A DNA stretch of 64,000 nucleotides from a virus (lineage: Duplodnaviria; Caudoviricetes): IMG/VR virus record IMGVR_UViG_3300031949_001696, one strand, 5' to 3'. The notes below the pieces were generated by a model that saw nothing but the letters and a program-made list of their open reading frames with translations, did not search any database and was not told the origin of the DNA. This document shows, piece by piece, positions 41,134-52,150 of the stretch; position 1 is the first letter of the stretch; each line of letters opens with the position of its first letter. Made by a program: the position numbers and the translations under genes.

Positions 41134-41424
41134 TCGTCGTCGTCCTCGTCGTCACCCTCGCCGATCCAATCCTTCTCCTTATCGCTCCACGTCACGGTTT
41201 CGAGCCCGACCCCGAAGCCCGGCTGCGTGGGCGAAAAGAGCGGATCGAAGCCCGTCACCGACTGGAAGACCTCGCGCAGGCGCTTGTGATGCTCTCGCGT
41301 CAGCCGCGTCCCCACGTCTCCGGCGACGTCCATGTTCGGGACGTCGACGACGAACTCGATCAGCACGCGAAGCTTCATGGCGTTGAGCCTAGCTCGGACA
41401 GCCTGTCGAGTGTGGGGCGCGCCA

Positions 41425-41712
41425 TCATCGAGATCTGCTTGCCCGTGCGCCCCGCGCCACAAATCGCCCGCGCATTCGGTAGAACACCCGCTGCAAGTGT
41501 CCGCGGTCGGTATAGGTGGTGATCGCGAACAGCCGACGCAGAATGTCGAGATCGCGCTGGGCCGTGGCCTTGGAGATACCGAGTTCAGCTGCCAGCTCAC
41601 CGCACGTCCACGCCCGTGCTTGGAGCAACATGCCCAAGCGCCACTGCCGGAATAGTGCGCGGGACAGCGATGGCCGCGGCGTACAGCGAGACTTGCGCTT
41701 GCGTGCTTTCAC
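41425..41712 (-). CDS. HTH_11/DeoR-like winged-helix protein
   Basis: WTCGELAAELGISKATAQRDLDILR. Confidence 0.75.
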   Translation of the reverse strand: MKARKRKSRCTPRPSLSRALFRQWRLGMLLQARAWTCGELAAELGISKATAQRDLDILRRLFAITTYTDRGHLQRVFYRMRGRFVARGARASRSR

Positions 41713-43412
41713 GGCGTTGCCTGTAGGAGTCTGTCGAGTGTGGGCCGCACCATCATCGAGATCTGCGCGCCCGTGCGGCCCGCGCGCGGCAGCGGCAGCG
41801 GCAGCGACTGGCAATCGAGGCACTCACCGTCTTCGGTCTGCACCTCGATCTGGATCTCTTCGTCCTCGCTCCAGTCGGGAGTGAAGAAGACGGACAACGG
41901 GCCGTCCGCCTGGTGGTAGCAGAACAGCCCCGGATACTCGTAGGCGAACCACCAGCCGCGGTAGGGCGGCAGCGCCTCTAGCTCGGCGACGAGGCGATCG
42001 GTTTCATCACATTCCACGGCGACCCTCCGCCACGAGAGTTTCGAGTGCGGCGAGCTGCGGTGCGGGTATTCGCTCGCGATGATTGCGCAGTAGGTGCTCG
42101 GCCGTTCCGATGAGCATCAGCCATTCGATCCGTGCCTCCTCTTCGAGACTCGAAGCGATGCTCACGATCGTAGGAGCCCGGCCCTCGTCGCTGTACAGAG
42201 TGATTTTGATCGATGCGCTCACGAGAGCCTCACGTCGGCGTACATGTCCGAGGCGCCGTCGAGCGCCGCGGACCGGAACATGAGCCCCTGGTCGGTGATT
42301 TCGACCGCGGCCTGGTAGGTCCGCTGCCGGACCGCGGCGAAGAGCTTGGGCCACGCGGTCGGCCACACGACGCCGCCGTAGCTCGCGAGACGCGGATCGA
42401 TCTCGCCGTCGACGATGTACAGCGTGAAGCGGCTCGACGGCTCCCAGCCTGCGGCCTGCGCCCGCGGGTCGAGCCACGCCGGATCGATCTCGCCGCCCGT
42501 GATCGTCCACTCCTCACGACGGTAGCGCTTGCCGTCGCTTCCGCCCGTCCATTCGTTCGCGGCGACGAGCGTCATCCGAATTCCCGTGTCCTTGCCCTTC
42601 ATGGCGTCTCCTTGGCGGTCTGACCCCACGGGGGGTAGTGGCGCTGAAGGCCCTCGCACCAGTTATGCTCGATCTCGGCCTTGAGGTAGTTGCCGGCCTG
42701 CTTGTGGATCGCGACGTCCTGCTCGATCAGCTCGACGAGCTTCGCGATCAGGTTCGCGGAGGGCAGCTTGCCCGAGGTCGCCGATCCCATGAGCTGCCCG
42801 TAGTAGCGATAGATCTCGCCGAACGGATCGTCGCGATCGAGGCTCGCGAACGGTAGCGTGAGTAGGGATCGTGCGATCACATCGCGCACGAAGCGCGCGT
42901 GCGTGATGAGCTGGTCGGCTTCCTTGCCGCAGGGAAAGCAGTGCGTCTTATCGCCGATGCGGTACGAGAAGTGATTCACGCGCTCGACGCAGTGACCGCA
43001 CGCGAGCGTGAGCCTCGTCGGGCCAGCGCTGGTCTCGATCTCAAGGATCGTGACGAGGGGGCCACGAGGATCGGCGCTCACGAGCGCGTCTCCGACTCCG
43101 CGGCGAGCGCGGTGAACGCGGTCTCCCGCGCGTCCACGAGTGCGCCGTATTCGGCGTCGCTCACGCGGGGATCACGATCAGCCGCGCGCACCGCGTCGGC
43201 CGCGCACGTGTACACGCCTGCGAGGCGCATCCATTCATTCGAGAGCGTCATGGCCTCTCTTACCTGCGATCCGCGCGCCAGGTCGAGCACTCTCTGAGCA
43301 CTCTCTAAGCATGCATTTGCACTCGGGTGGGTAGCAACTCACCCGTGTCTTGCCGCGGATGGCGTTTAATCGGGCGTGGCTATTGGTATCCGGGTACAGT
43401 TTCGGGAACACC

Positions 43413-43964
43413 ATGGCAGCAGCCTGGAAATCATGGAAATCGATTCGTGACCAAGAACCGTGGCGCCAGCCCGAAATCGCCGAGGTGGATTTTGCGTGGC
43501 TAGCTGGTCTTTTGGAGGGAGAAGGCTGCTTTTCGCTTCAGAGCTATCGGAAACACCCCGCTGAGAAAATTGGCGGCTATCAAGTTCCTTCGATAGAGCT
43601 GAAAATGACAGATCGTGACGTTGTGCAACGTGCCGGCAAACTTCTCGGCGGTAAGCAGGGCCGTGTAAGAAGCCAACTTCGGAAGGAGCACGGGAAAGAC
43701 AGGAAACCGATCTTCATCTGGCGCGTCAATGGTCATCGAGCTGTCTATCTGATGAGTCTGCTTTTGCCCTTCATGGGAAAACGACGCTCATCTCGAATCC
43801 GCGAGTTGATTACGCTGCACAAGAGACAAGGTCCTCGTGGCGGTCACGGGATTACTCCAAGCCTTCGCTTCTCACATGTCACTACGTCGAGAAATGAATT
43901 CAACGCCAAACGCCGTGCAAAACGACGAGCCAAAACGGCTCGCAGCCGCCAGCGCGACGCATGA
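43413..43964 (+). CDS. Free-standing LAGLIDADG homing endonuclease-like protein
   Basis: FAWLAGLLEGEGCF, then IELKMTD and PIFIWRV motifs. Visibly lower GC than its neighbours. Confidence 0.85.
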   Translation: MAAAWKSWKSIRDQEPWRQPEIAEVDFAWLAGLLEGEGCFSLQSYRKHPAEKIGGYQVPSIELKMTDRDVVQRAGKLLGGKQGRVRSQLRKEHGKDRKPIFIWRVNGHRAVYLMSLLLPFMGKRRSSRIRELITLHKRQGPRGGHGITPSLRFSHVTTSRNEFNAKRRAKRRAKTARSRQRDA

Positions 43965-44110
43965 CCGGCCGCGTCCGTCCGCGTATTTTCCGGTCGTTTC
44001 GGGAATCATTACGCCTTGTGACGACCTGCATCTCGGCTAATATGGCACCGCGCGCGAGCGCTGGTGGACGTTTTGCAATAGAGCAGGGCGCGATTGGAAA
44101 GGTCTGTGCA

Positions 44111-45088
44111 ATGTCCACCCACGTGTCTTGGGGAAGCATCGAGCTTCTTCACAATGCCGTCCGCACGCTGACGCACCTCACAGAGCAAGGTCGACCGTTT
44201 CCGGTCGTCACGTACCGCGCGAAGGTGAAGCTGCACGGCACCAACTGCGCCGTCCAAGTAAGCGATCACGACATCGTCGCGCAGAGCCGCACGCAGCAAC
44301 TGTCGCCGGAAGCCGACTACAAGGGATTCGCGGCGTGGACGCACGCGCATGCGACGTTCTGGCGAGCGCGCGCGGCCGGGCTCCAACCGTCCTCCGACCA
44401 GAGACTCGTCGTATTCGGCGAATGGTGCGGCCCCGGCGTCGAGAAGGGCATGGCCATCTCGCAGGCGCCGACGAAGCTGTTCTGCGTGTTCGCGATCCAA
44501 GCGACAGATCGAATGATCACCAAGCCGGCCGAGATCCAGGCGCTCTTGCCGGAGGCGCCGCCGGAGCTCCACGTGCTGCCGTGGGAGGGTGATCCGATCA
44601 CGATCGACTTCGGCTCGCGCGAGTCACTGGAGCAGGCCGCGAAGGTGCTGAGTGGTCGCGTCGCCGAGATCGAGCACGAGGATCCGTGGGTCAAACGCGT
44701 GCTCGGCATCAGCGGGCTCGGCGAGGGCCTCGTGCTCTATCCGACGTGGCCGACGCCGCACGATCCGACGTTGATGTTCAAGGCCAAGGGCGAGAAGCAC
44801 CGCACCGCGGGCGCGAAGGTAGCGGTCACCGTCGGCGCCGCGGTCGCATCGTCGATCGACGAATTCGTCGCGCTGATGGTGACCGACGCACGCCTCGAGC
44901 AGGGCCTCGCGACGGCATGTGACGGCACGCGTGATCCGAAGCGGACCGGTGCGTTCCTCATGTGGATCGCGACGGACGTACGCAAGGAGTCGGTCGCGGA
45001 GCTGGAGGCATCGAACCTCGCGTGGGCTCAGGTCGAGAAGGCCATCTCCGCGCGAGCGCGGACGTGGTTTCTGAAGGGAGGTGCGTGA
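44111..45088 (+). CDS. Rnl2-family ATP-dependent RNA ligase
   Basis: KLHGTN (motif I), FGEWCGPG, FCVFAI, GEGLV and FKAKGEKH. Confidence 0.85.
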   Translation: MSTHVSWGSIELLHNAVRTLTHLTEQGRPFPVVTYRAKVKLHGTNCAVQVSDHDIVAQSRTQQLSPEADYKGFAAWTHAHATFWRARAAGLQPSSDQRLVVFGEWCGPGVEKGMAISQAPTKLFCVFAIQATDRMITKPAEIQALLPEAPPELHVLPWEGDPITIDFGSRESLEQAAKVLSGRVAEIEHEDPWVKRVLGISGLGEGLVLYPTWPTPHDPTLMFKAKGEKHRTAGAKVAVTVGAAVASSIDEFVALMVTDARLEQGLATACDGTRDPKRTGAFLMWIATDVRKESVAELEASNLAWAQVEKAISARARTWFLKGGA

Positions 45089-45963
45089 TGAGTCTTCGGC
45101 ACGTGATCGCGGTGGGCGGCAAGCTCCATCCACCGAGCTGGCTTCCCGACAACCTCTGCTACGAGACGATGATGGGATCGGTCGCGTACGGCGTCTCGTC
45201 GGACACCTCCGACGTCGACGTCTACGGCATCTGCATGCCGCCGAAGGACACCGTGTTCCCGCACCTCGCCGGCGAGGTCTTCGGGTTCGGCGCCCAGGTC
45301 AAGCGCTTCGAGAGCTGGCAGGAGCACCACGTCGCCGCGGAGGGCAAGAGTTGGGACTTCCAGATCCTCGGCATCGTCAAATTCTTCCAGCTCGCGATGG
45401 AGAACAACCCGAACATCATCGACTCGATGTTCACGCCGCGGCGCTGCGTGCTGTCGTCGACAGCGATCGGGGAGTACATCCGCGAGCACCGCGTCGACTT
45501 TTTGCACAAGGGTGCGTGGCACAAGTTCAAGGGCTACGCGTACAGCCAGCTCAACAAGATCCGGACCAAAACGCCGACGGGCAAGCGCGCCGAGCTGGTC
45601 GAGGCGCACGGCTACGACACGAAGTTCGCGTATCAAGTCGTCCGTCTGCTGCTGGAGGTCGAGCAGATCCTCGTCCACCGCGACATCGATCTCGAGCGCG
45701 ATCGAGAGCAGCTCAAGGCGATCCGGCGCGGCGAGTGGACCCTGCCGCAGATCGACGAGTGGGCCCAAGACAAAGAAAAGCAGCTGGAGACGCTCTACCA
45801 TACGAGCACGCTGCCGTATGGCCCCGACGAAGCGCGGCTACGCCGCCACCTGATGCACTGCCTCGAAGCGCACTACGGCGATCTGTCGACGGTCGTCGTC
45901 GATCCCGCCGCGGAGACGCGACTCCTGCGCGAGATCGCGAAGCTCACCGAGCGCTATCGATAG
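45088..45963 (+). CDS. RlaP/YcgL-type Pol-beta nucleotidyltransferase (RNA repair associated)
   Basis: GSVAYG..SDTSDVDVYG, NNPNIID, GYDTK.AY..VRLL and LKAIRRG. Coupled to the RNA ligase by a TGATG overlap. Confidence 0.85.
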   Translation: MSLRHVIAVGGKLHPPSWLPDNLCYETMMGSVAYGVSSDTSDVDVYGICMPPKDTVFPHLAGEVFGFGAQVKRFESWQEHHVAAEGKSWDFQILGIVKFFQLAMENNPNIIDSMFTPRRCVLSSTAIGEYIREHRVDFLHKGAWHKFKGYAYSQLNKIRTKTPTGKRAELVEAHGYDTKFAYQVVRLLLEVEQILVHRDIDLERDREQLKAIRRGEWTLPQIDEWAQDKEKQLETLYHTSTLPYGPDEARLRRHLMHCLEAHYGDLSTVVVDPAAETRLLREIAKLTERYR

Positions 45964-46599
45964 CCATCGCGAGCACTTTGGTGGTGCGGTATCTTTGCCG
46001 AATGGCCAAGCGCATCAAGATCGTCGGGAAACGCGAGCCGTGCATCGTGAACACCGGTCCATGCGAGCCGCTGATCGATCCCGACGAAGTCATGCGTGCG
46101 CTAGGAGGCGAGCGAGTGCAGTTCGAGGATCTGTCGCCGCGATCGCAGGCGATCGTGGGAACCAAGCGGCAATAACAGCATGCCGCACAAGGTGAAGTAT
46201 CAGCGCGCGACGCAGATCCCGATGGTCGGCGACGAGCCGCCGCGCAGCATCATCATCGCGTCACTTCCGATTCGCGCCACGTGCTGCTGCGGTTGGGAGG
46301 GGCGGGTCTTTACGTCGTTCGACGGAGATCCGCAACAGCTGGCACGAGACGACTACGGCAGACATCAGGATCGTGTATGCAGCCGACAGCGCCGATGACA
46401 GCTCCAAAAACACAAGAGCCCTGCCGTGGAGAAACAGCGCTCGATAGCTGTCACACGGGGGCTCAAATCGCCGCGATCTGCGGAAACGAGCCCGTCTTGC
46501 GGCTGTGCAATGTCCGGCGCTTCGTCCGTGAAGCTTCGGAAATCTGCCCGATCTGCGGACACGTTCGCGCGCGGTGTCATTATGATAAGTTTTGCTAGA

Positions 46600-46870
46600 G
46601 AACGTCCTCGATTCCGTGTGCGAGACGCGCCGCGGCTCGATACCCGGATACGGATTGCCTCCACGAACCCTCTGAACCCTCGAACCCTCGGAGTGTGTCT
46701 CAAAACCCCCTCGAAAAATCGGACCTTTTGAGGAAGCTGTCTGGGTTTTGAGGTGACCATTCTAGTCCGCATCGACGGGTACCATTGAACCCTCGAACCC
46801 TCGAACTCCTCGGAACTCGGAACCCTAGTCTTGCCTCCACGGTCGGCACTTTTTTGGACCTGATGGGGAG
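46600..46870. repeat. Intergenic repeat-rich region (GAACCCTC iterations; CTCAAAACCC..GGGTTTTGAG inverted repeat)
   Basis: About six GAACCCT(C) copies at 46665-46830 flank an inverted repeat at ~46699-46752. Confidence 0.7.
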
Positions 46871-46888
46871 TGTTTGGTAGTTTCTTAC

Positions 46889-47569
46889 ATGGCCGACATC
46901 ACGATCCGTGATCTGGATTGTGGTGACGGCTGTGACGGAGAGCGCGGCAAACACGGCAAACGCGGCAAGCGCGGGCATGACGGTCCTACGAACGCGGGCA
47001 CGGGCGTCGTCACTGCGTCGACCAGCGAGGCCGGCCGCGTCGGTGTGGACATAGCCACCGTCATTTCGAACGTGGTCCCCGATCGCTGTCGCATCGACAA
47101 TATCAAGGGCGGTCCGATCGCGACCGGCGGCGGGAAGATGTATTTCTTCGCATCGCTCAAGATGGCAACGGTCCCCGACGGCACCGACAACTTTTCGATC
47201 CGCACCCTCCTCAGCAACGTCGCCGCATCCGAGGACCCTACGAACGGCGTCTACGTCGAGCTTGATCGTTCGACCTACGGCGACAACAATTGGCGTGGCA
47301 GAACCGCGAACGGCGGCGTGCGGACAACGATCGATCTCGGCGTCACTCCGGTCAACGGTACGTATCAGCGGCTCGGCGCGGTCGTGAATGCAGCCGCGAC
47401 CCTGGCCACCTATCTCATCGACGATGTTTCGCGCGGCACCATCGCCACCAACATCCCGACGACAGGGCTCTCACTTATCTCGCAGATCATCAAGACTCTG
47501 GGCACCACCGCGCGGACGGTCTCGCTCGACTACGTCTATTGTGCTGTGCTCAACGCGGCGGGCCGCTGA
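46889..47569 (+). CDS. Fibre/decoration-like protein: Cys + (GKR)n N-terminus and lectin/LamG-like beta-sandwich
   Basis: [23 protein letters not shown]. Paralogous to the next ORF (NGVY/WIE..YGDNNWRGRT..TNIP). Confidence 0.75.
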   Translation: MADITIRDLDCGDGCDGERGKHGKRGKRGHDGPTNAGTGVVTASTSEAGRVGVDIATVISNVVPDRCRIDNIKGGPIATGGGKMYFFASLKMATVPDGTDNFSIRTLLSNVAASEDPTNGVYVELDRSTYGDNNWRGRTANGGVRTTIDLGVTPVNGTYQRLGAVVNAAATLATYLIDDVSRGTIATNIPTTGLSLISQIIKTLGTTARTVSLDYVYCAVLNAAGR

Positions 47570-47654
47570 GGACTGATCCCCTGATTGGTGACGCGTGCCC
47601 ATGTGAGGCACAAAATTTTGCCTTCAGCCGCGCGAAACCATAACCTTCCCATTC

Positions 47655-48584
47655 ATGGCGGATATCAAGAAGGTTTCCGGCGCACCTGATTGCTGCAACG
47701 ACGGCTGCTGCGACAAGTGCAAGCGCGGCAAGCGTGGCAAGCGTGGTCGTACCGGTCCGACGGGTCCGGCGAGCATGCTCTCGGGGGCGTCGGCGCCCGA
47801 CGAGGCGTTGGTGGCCGCCGCGATCGGAACGCACTACTGGCAGATTGGCACGAGCATCATCTGGGTGAAGTACGGGCCAAACGACTACAACTGGCGCCCG
47901 CTGAGTTGCGATCCGATGGATGGCGCCGTGCGTGCGGGTCTCTTGGCCGATGCGGAGTTCTCGGTCACTAACTACACGAGCACGGCGGGGACAGCGACGG
48001 CGGCCAACAGCGGAGGCGAGCCCGGGCGGCTGTCCGTGTTCGTGTTCTCGGTGACGTCGAACGTAACACCGGATCGAACGCGCAATTTCTTTGCGGGCGG
48101 CGGCTCGCCCGCGCAAGGAATCGTCCCGGGCGGCGGCGCGATCTACATGTTCAAGAGCATCAAGATCCCGACGCTCTCCGACGGTGCCAACGCGTTCCAG
48201 TTGCGGCTCCTCGGCGGCGACAGCTTGGTGGCGACCGCGAACCTAAACGGCGTGTGGATCGAAAACGACTTCGCGGCCTACGGCGATAACAACTGGCGCG
48301 GGCGCACGTGCCTCGGTGGTGTCAACTCCACCGTTGACCTCGGCGTCGCTCCGACCGCGGGTGCGTGGACGAAGATTGGCGCGGTCATCAATTCGCTCGG
48401 TACGCTGGCAACGTTCCTCGTCGATGACGTCGCGGTGGGAACGCTCGCCACGAACATCCCGGTCGCGGCGGCCAACGGCTTCGCGCTTCAGGACATCTTT
48501 TTCAAGACCACCGGAGCCGCGGGTGTGCTGACGTATCAGCACGACTACTACTACAGCGCGATGCTGAGCTCGGCGCAGCGCTAG
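47655..48584 (+). CDS. Fibre/decoration-like protein, paralog of 46889-47569
   Basis: [26 protein letters not shown] and a shared C-terminal domain. Confidence 0.75.
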   Translation: MADIKKVSGAPDCCNDGCCDKCKRGKRGKRGRTGPTGPASMLSGASAPDEALVAAAIGTHYWQIGTSIIWVKYGPNDYNWRPLSCDPMDGAVRAGLLADAEFSVTNYTSTAGTATAANSGGEPGRLSVFVFSVTSNVTPDRTRNFFAGGGSPAQGIVPGGGAIYMFKSIKIPTLSDGANAFQLRLLGGDSLVATANLNGVWIENDFAAYGDNNWRGRTCLGGVNSTVDLGVAPTAGAWTKIGAVINSLGTLATFLVDDVAVGTLATNIPVAAANGFALQDIFFKTTGAAGVLTYQHDYYYSAMLSSAQR

Positions 48585-49096
48585 CAGTGCCCTCCAGCAA
48601 GTCATGTCGACGAGCGAGTCACACTTACAGATCCTTGGCAATCCGCGAAGAAGCGGCTCAAGATCGCGGCGCGGCGCGGGCACCTGCGCGAAGGATGCGA
48701 ATCATCGCCGAACTCACTTCGCGCGTCGTCGAGTCGTCGGCTGGATCCCAAGCCGCGCGACGAGCTTGCCGAGAACGGAGAGCGCTTCCGCGCGGCACTG
48801 ACGAGGCATCGCGGAAAGATCTTCGCATTCTTCGTCGTCCACGACCACGAGCCGCCAGCGACCGCGGCGCCCGCTCCAGCCGAGCTTGCCCCACGGCGGA
48901 AACGGCACGTCGACGGGATGCCCGCTCGGCCGACGGGAACGAATCGCCAGCTCGATCGCGGCGAGCTTTTCGCCGATCTCGTCGTCCAGCGCGTTCAGCT
49001 GTCGGCTCTTGGCCGCGAGCTGCACGACGACCTCGCGTAGCGGTGGCGCGCCGGGCGGCGGCGTGTACGGAGGCGCGGCTAGTCGCCGCTTGAGCC

Positions 49097-49411
49097 TCAA
49101 CGTGTCTTCTCCCAGTGATCACGGGCGCGCTCCCACATGTCGAGCTGACGCGAGTCCTTGACCTGGTCCATGTACCAGGGCAAGCCGGGAAATTCGGCCT
49201 CCCACGCGCGCACTTCCTTCTCGTGCGCGGAGAGGTGCGGACGCTTGCTGGCGGTATGCGCTCCGATCAGCGCGAGACCGACGACCGCCAGGCCGATGCC
49301 GCCGATCATCCACGGAGCGATCGTGAAGTGACCCGACGGTTCAGCGGGGCGCATCTCAGCTCCGACGCGAGGGCGCGAGCCGTACTGACCGCGCGCGTTC
49401 GTGAACGACAT
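49097..49411 (-). CDS. Small single-TM protein with N-terminal NARGQYG motif
   Basis: TM segment WMIGGIGLAVVGLALIGA. Motif shared with 52151 and 52508. Confidence 0.65.
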   Translation of the reverse strand: MSFTNARGQYGSRPRVGAEMRPAEPSGHFTIAPWMIGGIGLAVVGLALIGAHTASKRPHLSAHEKEVRAWEAEFPGLPWYMDQVKDSRQLDMWERARDHWEKTR

Positions 49412-49597
49412 GAATCGATTCTACCCTGTGTGCTCCATGCGCGAGATCCTCAAACACATCGATCGATCGAGTTCCCGCAGACGACCTCGCCGTCGGTCGC
49501 GCGAGCGCGTCGTCGAGTTCAAGCCCCAAGATCATGTGGGACTGTCGGTACCGGCCACTGACGCGCTCCATCATGATCCCGAGCGCCGCCTGACTGG

Positions 49598-51411
49598 TCA
49601 CGACTTGCCGCTCGACAGCGACTCTCGCAGTACATGGTCAGCAGTCGTCGACAGCTTGTACTCGTAGGCCGCATCCGCCTCGCCCTCGTTACCGCGCCAT
49701 GCGCGCCTGGTGAGGACGCCAGCTCGGTACAAGCTCGCGAGCGTGACACGCTCGCCGCTCGACGCCGCGCGATACCAAAGCCCCCGCAGGTGATGTGCGG
49801 ACACGACGCCGAAGACGTAGCGCTGGAGGTTGGTCATGACGCTTCTCCGGCAGCCGCCAGCACGAGCTGACGGTCTTCGACGGACGCCTCGTATCCGTTG
49901 TCCCAGCGGACCCGAATCCGCGCGCGAGTGCCTCCAGATCCGCGTGGCGCATCCGTCACCTTGAGGATCGTGCCGACCACGTCGCCGCGCCGCGCGATAG
50001 GGCCACCGACCGCCTTGTTCCGAACGACGCGATCGCCCACGCGAAGAGAAGTCTTCTTCACCTGGCGCTTCGTCACAGCCTCACCGCGACAGGCGGAATC
50101 GGAAGCACCTGCAAGATCTTGTTGCGCGCTTCCCACTCGTCATACTCGATGACGGCCCGATAGCCCTGGGCGAGCACGAAGTCCTTGCTGTCGGGAAGGC
50201 AGAAGCGCTGCACTGCCGGCACCGACGCCAGCTCGTGATAGAAGGTGATGGGACCGTCTGTCGCGTCGACGATCACCAGCATGTCCGGCGACCGTCGTGG
50301 CATTCCCTCGCGAGATGATCCGTCCTTCACGACGGCAGCCCCAGCGCCGCACGACAGCGCTTGCAGGTGACCTTACTCGGATCGCTCGTCTTCAAGAGGC
50401 GCTGTCCCCGCGTCGCCCTCAGCCCCCGGCAGAGCACGCCAATCACGGTCTCCCCACGGATGGTAATCGGACGCTCCATGTGGACGGTCTCGACCGTCGC
50501 CGGTGCGCCGGTCGTCGGATACTTGCCGGGGGACCACGACGCGAGCACCTTCTCGTAGGCGTCGATCGCGCGCTCCAGCTCGTGCTCGCGGTTGTCGAGC
50601 TTGACCTTGCGCTGACGATGCTCGTGGGCGTAGGGCGGCGCGCCGATCCCGTAGGGAGGCTCCTCGCCGTACTTGAGGGTGACAGGCTTCGAAAAATCGA
50701 GGGGCCTGCCACGGACGTTGTACTTCGTCGGATACCAGATGAGATCGGGATTCGTTGCCAGCGCGACAAGCTCGGAGCGAACACCATCAAGGTTGGTGCG
50801 CGCGCGATCGCGCGCCCATTGCGTGCCCTCCGTCGAGATCCCGAGATGCGGAAAGCCTGTGCCGCCGCAGGGGCCCGTGTGGTAGCCACCGTGCTGGCCG
50901 TGCTGGACGCCGATCGCGGTGAAGCCGTGGCGGATGGGGTGATCGCCGCGCAGCTGCATCATGCGAAGGCAAACACTGCACGTGCCCTGGAGCTTGTCGG
51001 AAGCAGCCATCGTTACGACTCCATCTCGTCGTTGTACGCCTCGATGCCGTGCAGCCTGCCGGCTTCCATCGCGCGCTCGCGGCGCCACTCGCCGTCGGAG
51101 CGCTCCAGCTCGCGACGATGACGCTCGCACGACGGGCGATCCGGGTTCTGCGTGACCTCGTGCGTCTCGGGGCCGTCGATCATGACGTACTCCCACGAGC
51201 CGCGCGGGCCGCACGCGAGCGACAGCTTCGAGTCATCGGGGAACATCACCACCTCGCGGTAGACGAGGATCGCTTCCTCGCGCGTCGCGAAGTCGTCGCC
51301 AGTCCAGCAATCGTCGTTGTCGGTCTCGTCGGGATTCGAGCCCCAGAGCGTCACGCTGTAGGGCTTGTCGAGACCGTGGGTAAAGTCGCGGCGCTCGGTG
51401 CTCGTGGTCAT
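49598..51411 (-). CDS. Coupled run of hypothetical ORFs (49598-49837, 49834-50076, 50073-50330, 50327-51010 zinc-finger-bearing, 51013-51411)
   Basis: Stop/start overlaps; CSVC and CKRC motifs in the largest ORF. Confidence 0.55.
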
Positions 51412-51563
51412 GCGCTCTCTCGTTGCGAGTAGCGCGCCAGCCGGCAGGTGCGGCAACCTCGTGATCGTACGCGCCTGGTAGGAATCTACCGTGTCGTCGC
51501 GACGATGGGTGTCCGATTACCCGGATACCAGCAGCTATCGAACTGACGACTGACGAGAGTGTG

Positions 51564-51599
51564 CCCAGAAACCCCCACCGAAAACGGGGGTTTCTAGGG
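51564..51599. promoter_or_regulatory. Perfect 10-bp inverted repeat AGAAACCCCC-N9-GGGGGTTTCT in a divergent intergenic region
   Basis: Direct inspection. Confidence 0.6.
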
Positions 51600-51826
51600 A
51601 AACTATCCGGGGTACTGGGAAACGGATTTGACCGTCTCCGTGCTCAGGGTACTTCCGGTCGTGGATGCACCACACGATCTTGGCGCCGAACACGACCCGA
51701 CGCTTCTTTGGGCTCGCGGAGCGCGCATCGTCGTCAGCGACAGGGGTCATGGGTGGTGGCGGCGCCGACGATGACGCGCAGGCGACTCGGCGAGAAGGTC
51801 ACCGAGGAAGATGAGGTCGAGCAGTA

Positions 51827-52097
51827 ATGCCGTACCGCGATCTGTCTCACGCCGAGCAGCAGAACGTCCTCGGCACACTACGGGCGTTGCGCGCGCGGTT
51901 CGGCAACTGGCTCACTGTCGAGCGCGCGCTGCCGATCTCGCACAGCCAGCGCGTCGAGATGACGGAGGGCCGGACCGAAGTGAGCACGACGATCGCGTTC
52001 CGCATCGCGAAGCTCCTCGAAGTCGCTCCACGACATGCTCCAGGGCCTCGCTCTGCCCAAGCCGACGTGCCCGCACTGCGGGAAGGTGATCGTCTAG
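51827..52097 (+). pseudogene. XRE-like HTH protein with C-terminal CPHCG ribbon, frameshifted near 52030
   Basis: HTH-like N-terminal part (RIAKLLEV). The continuation DMLQGLALPKPTCPHCGKVIV* lies in another frame. Confidence 0.5.
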
Positions 52098-52150
52098 CCA
52101 GGCCGGTAACAAAATGGACGAAAGTCCATTCATTTTGTTACCCTCGCTAT

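Noticed and set aside
43413-43964. LAGLIDADG gene as part of a group I intron or intein
   Set aside because: No interrupted host gene or intein terminal motifs were evident; it appears free-standing.
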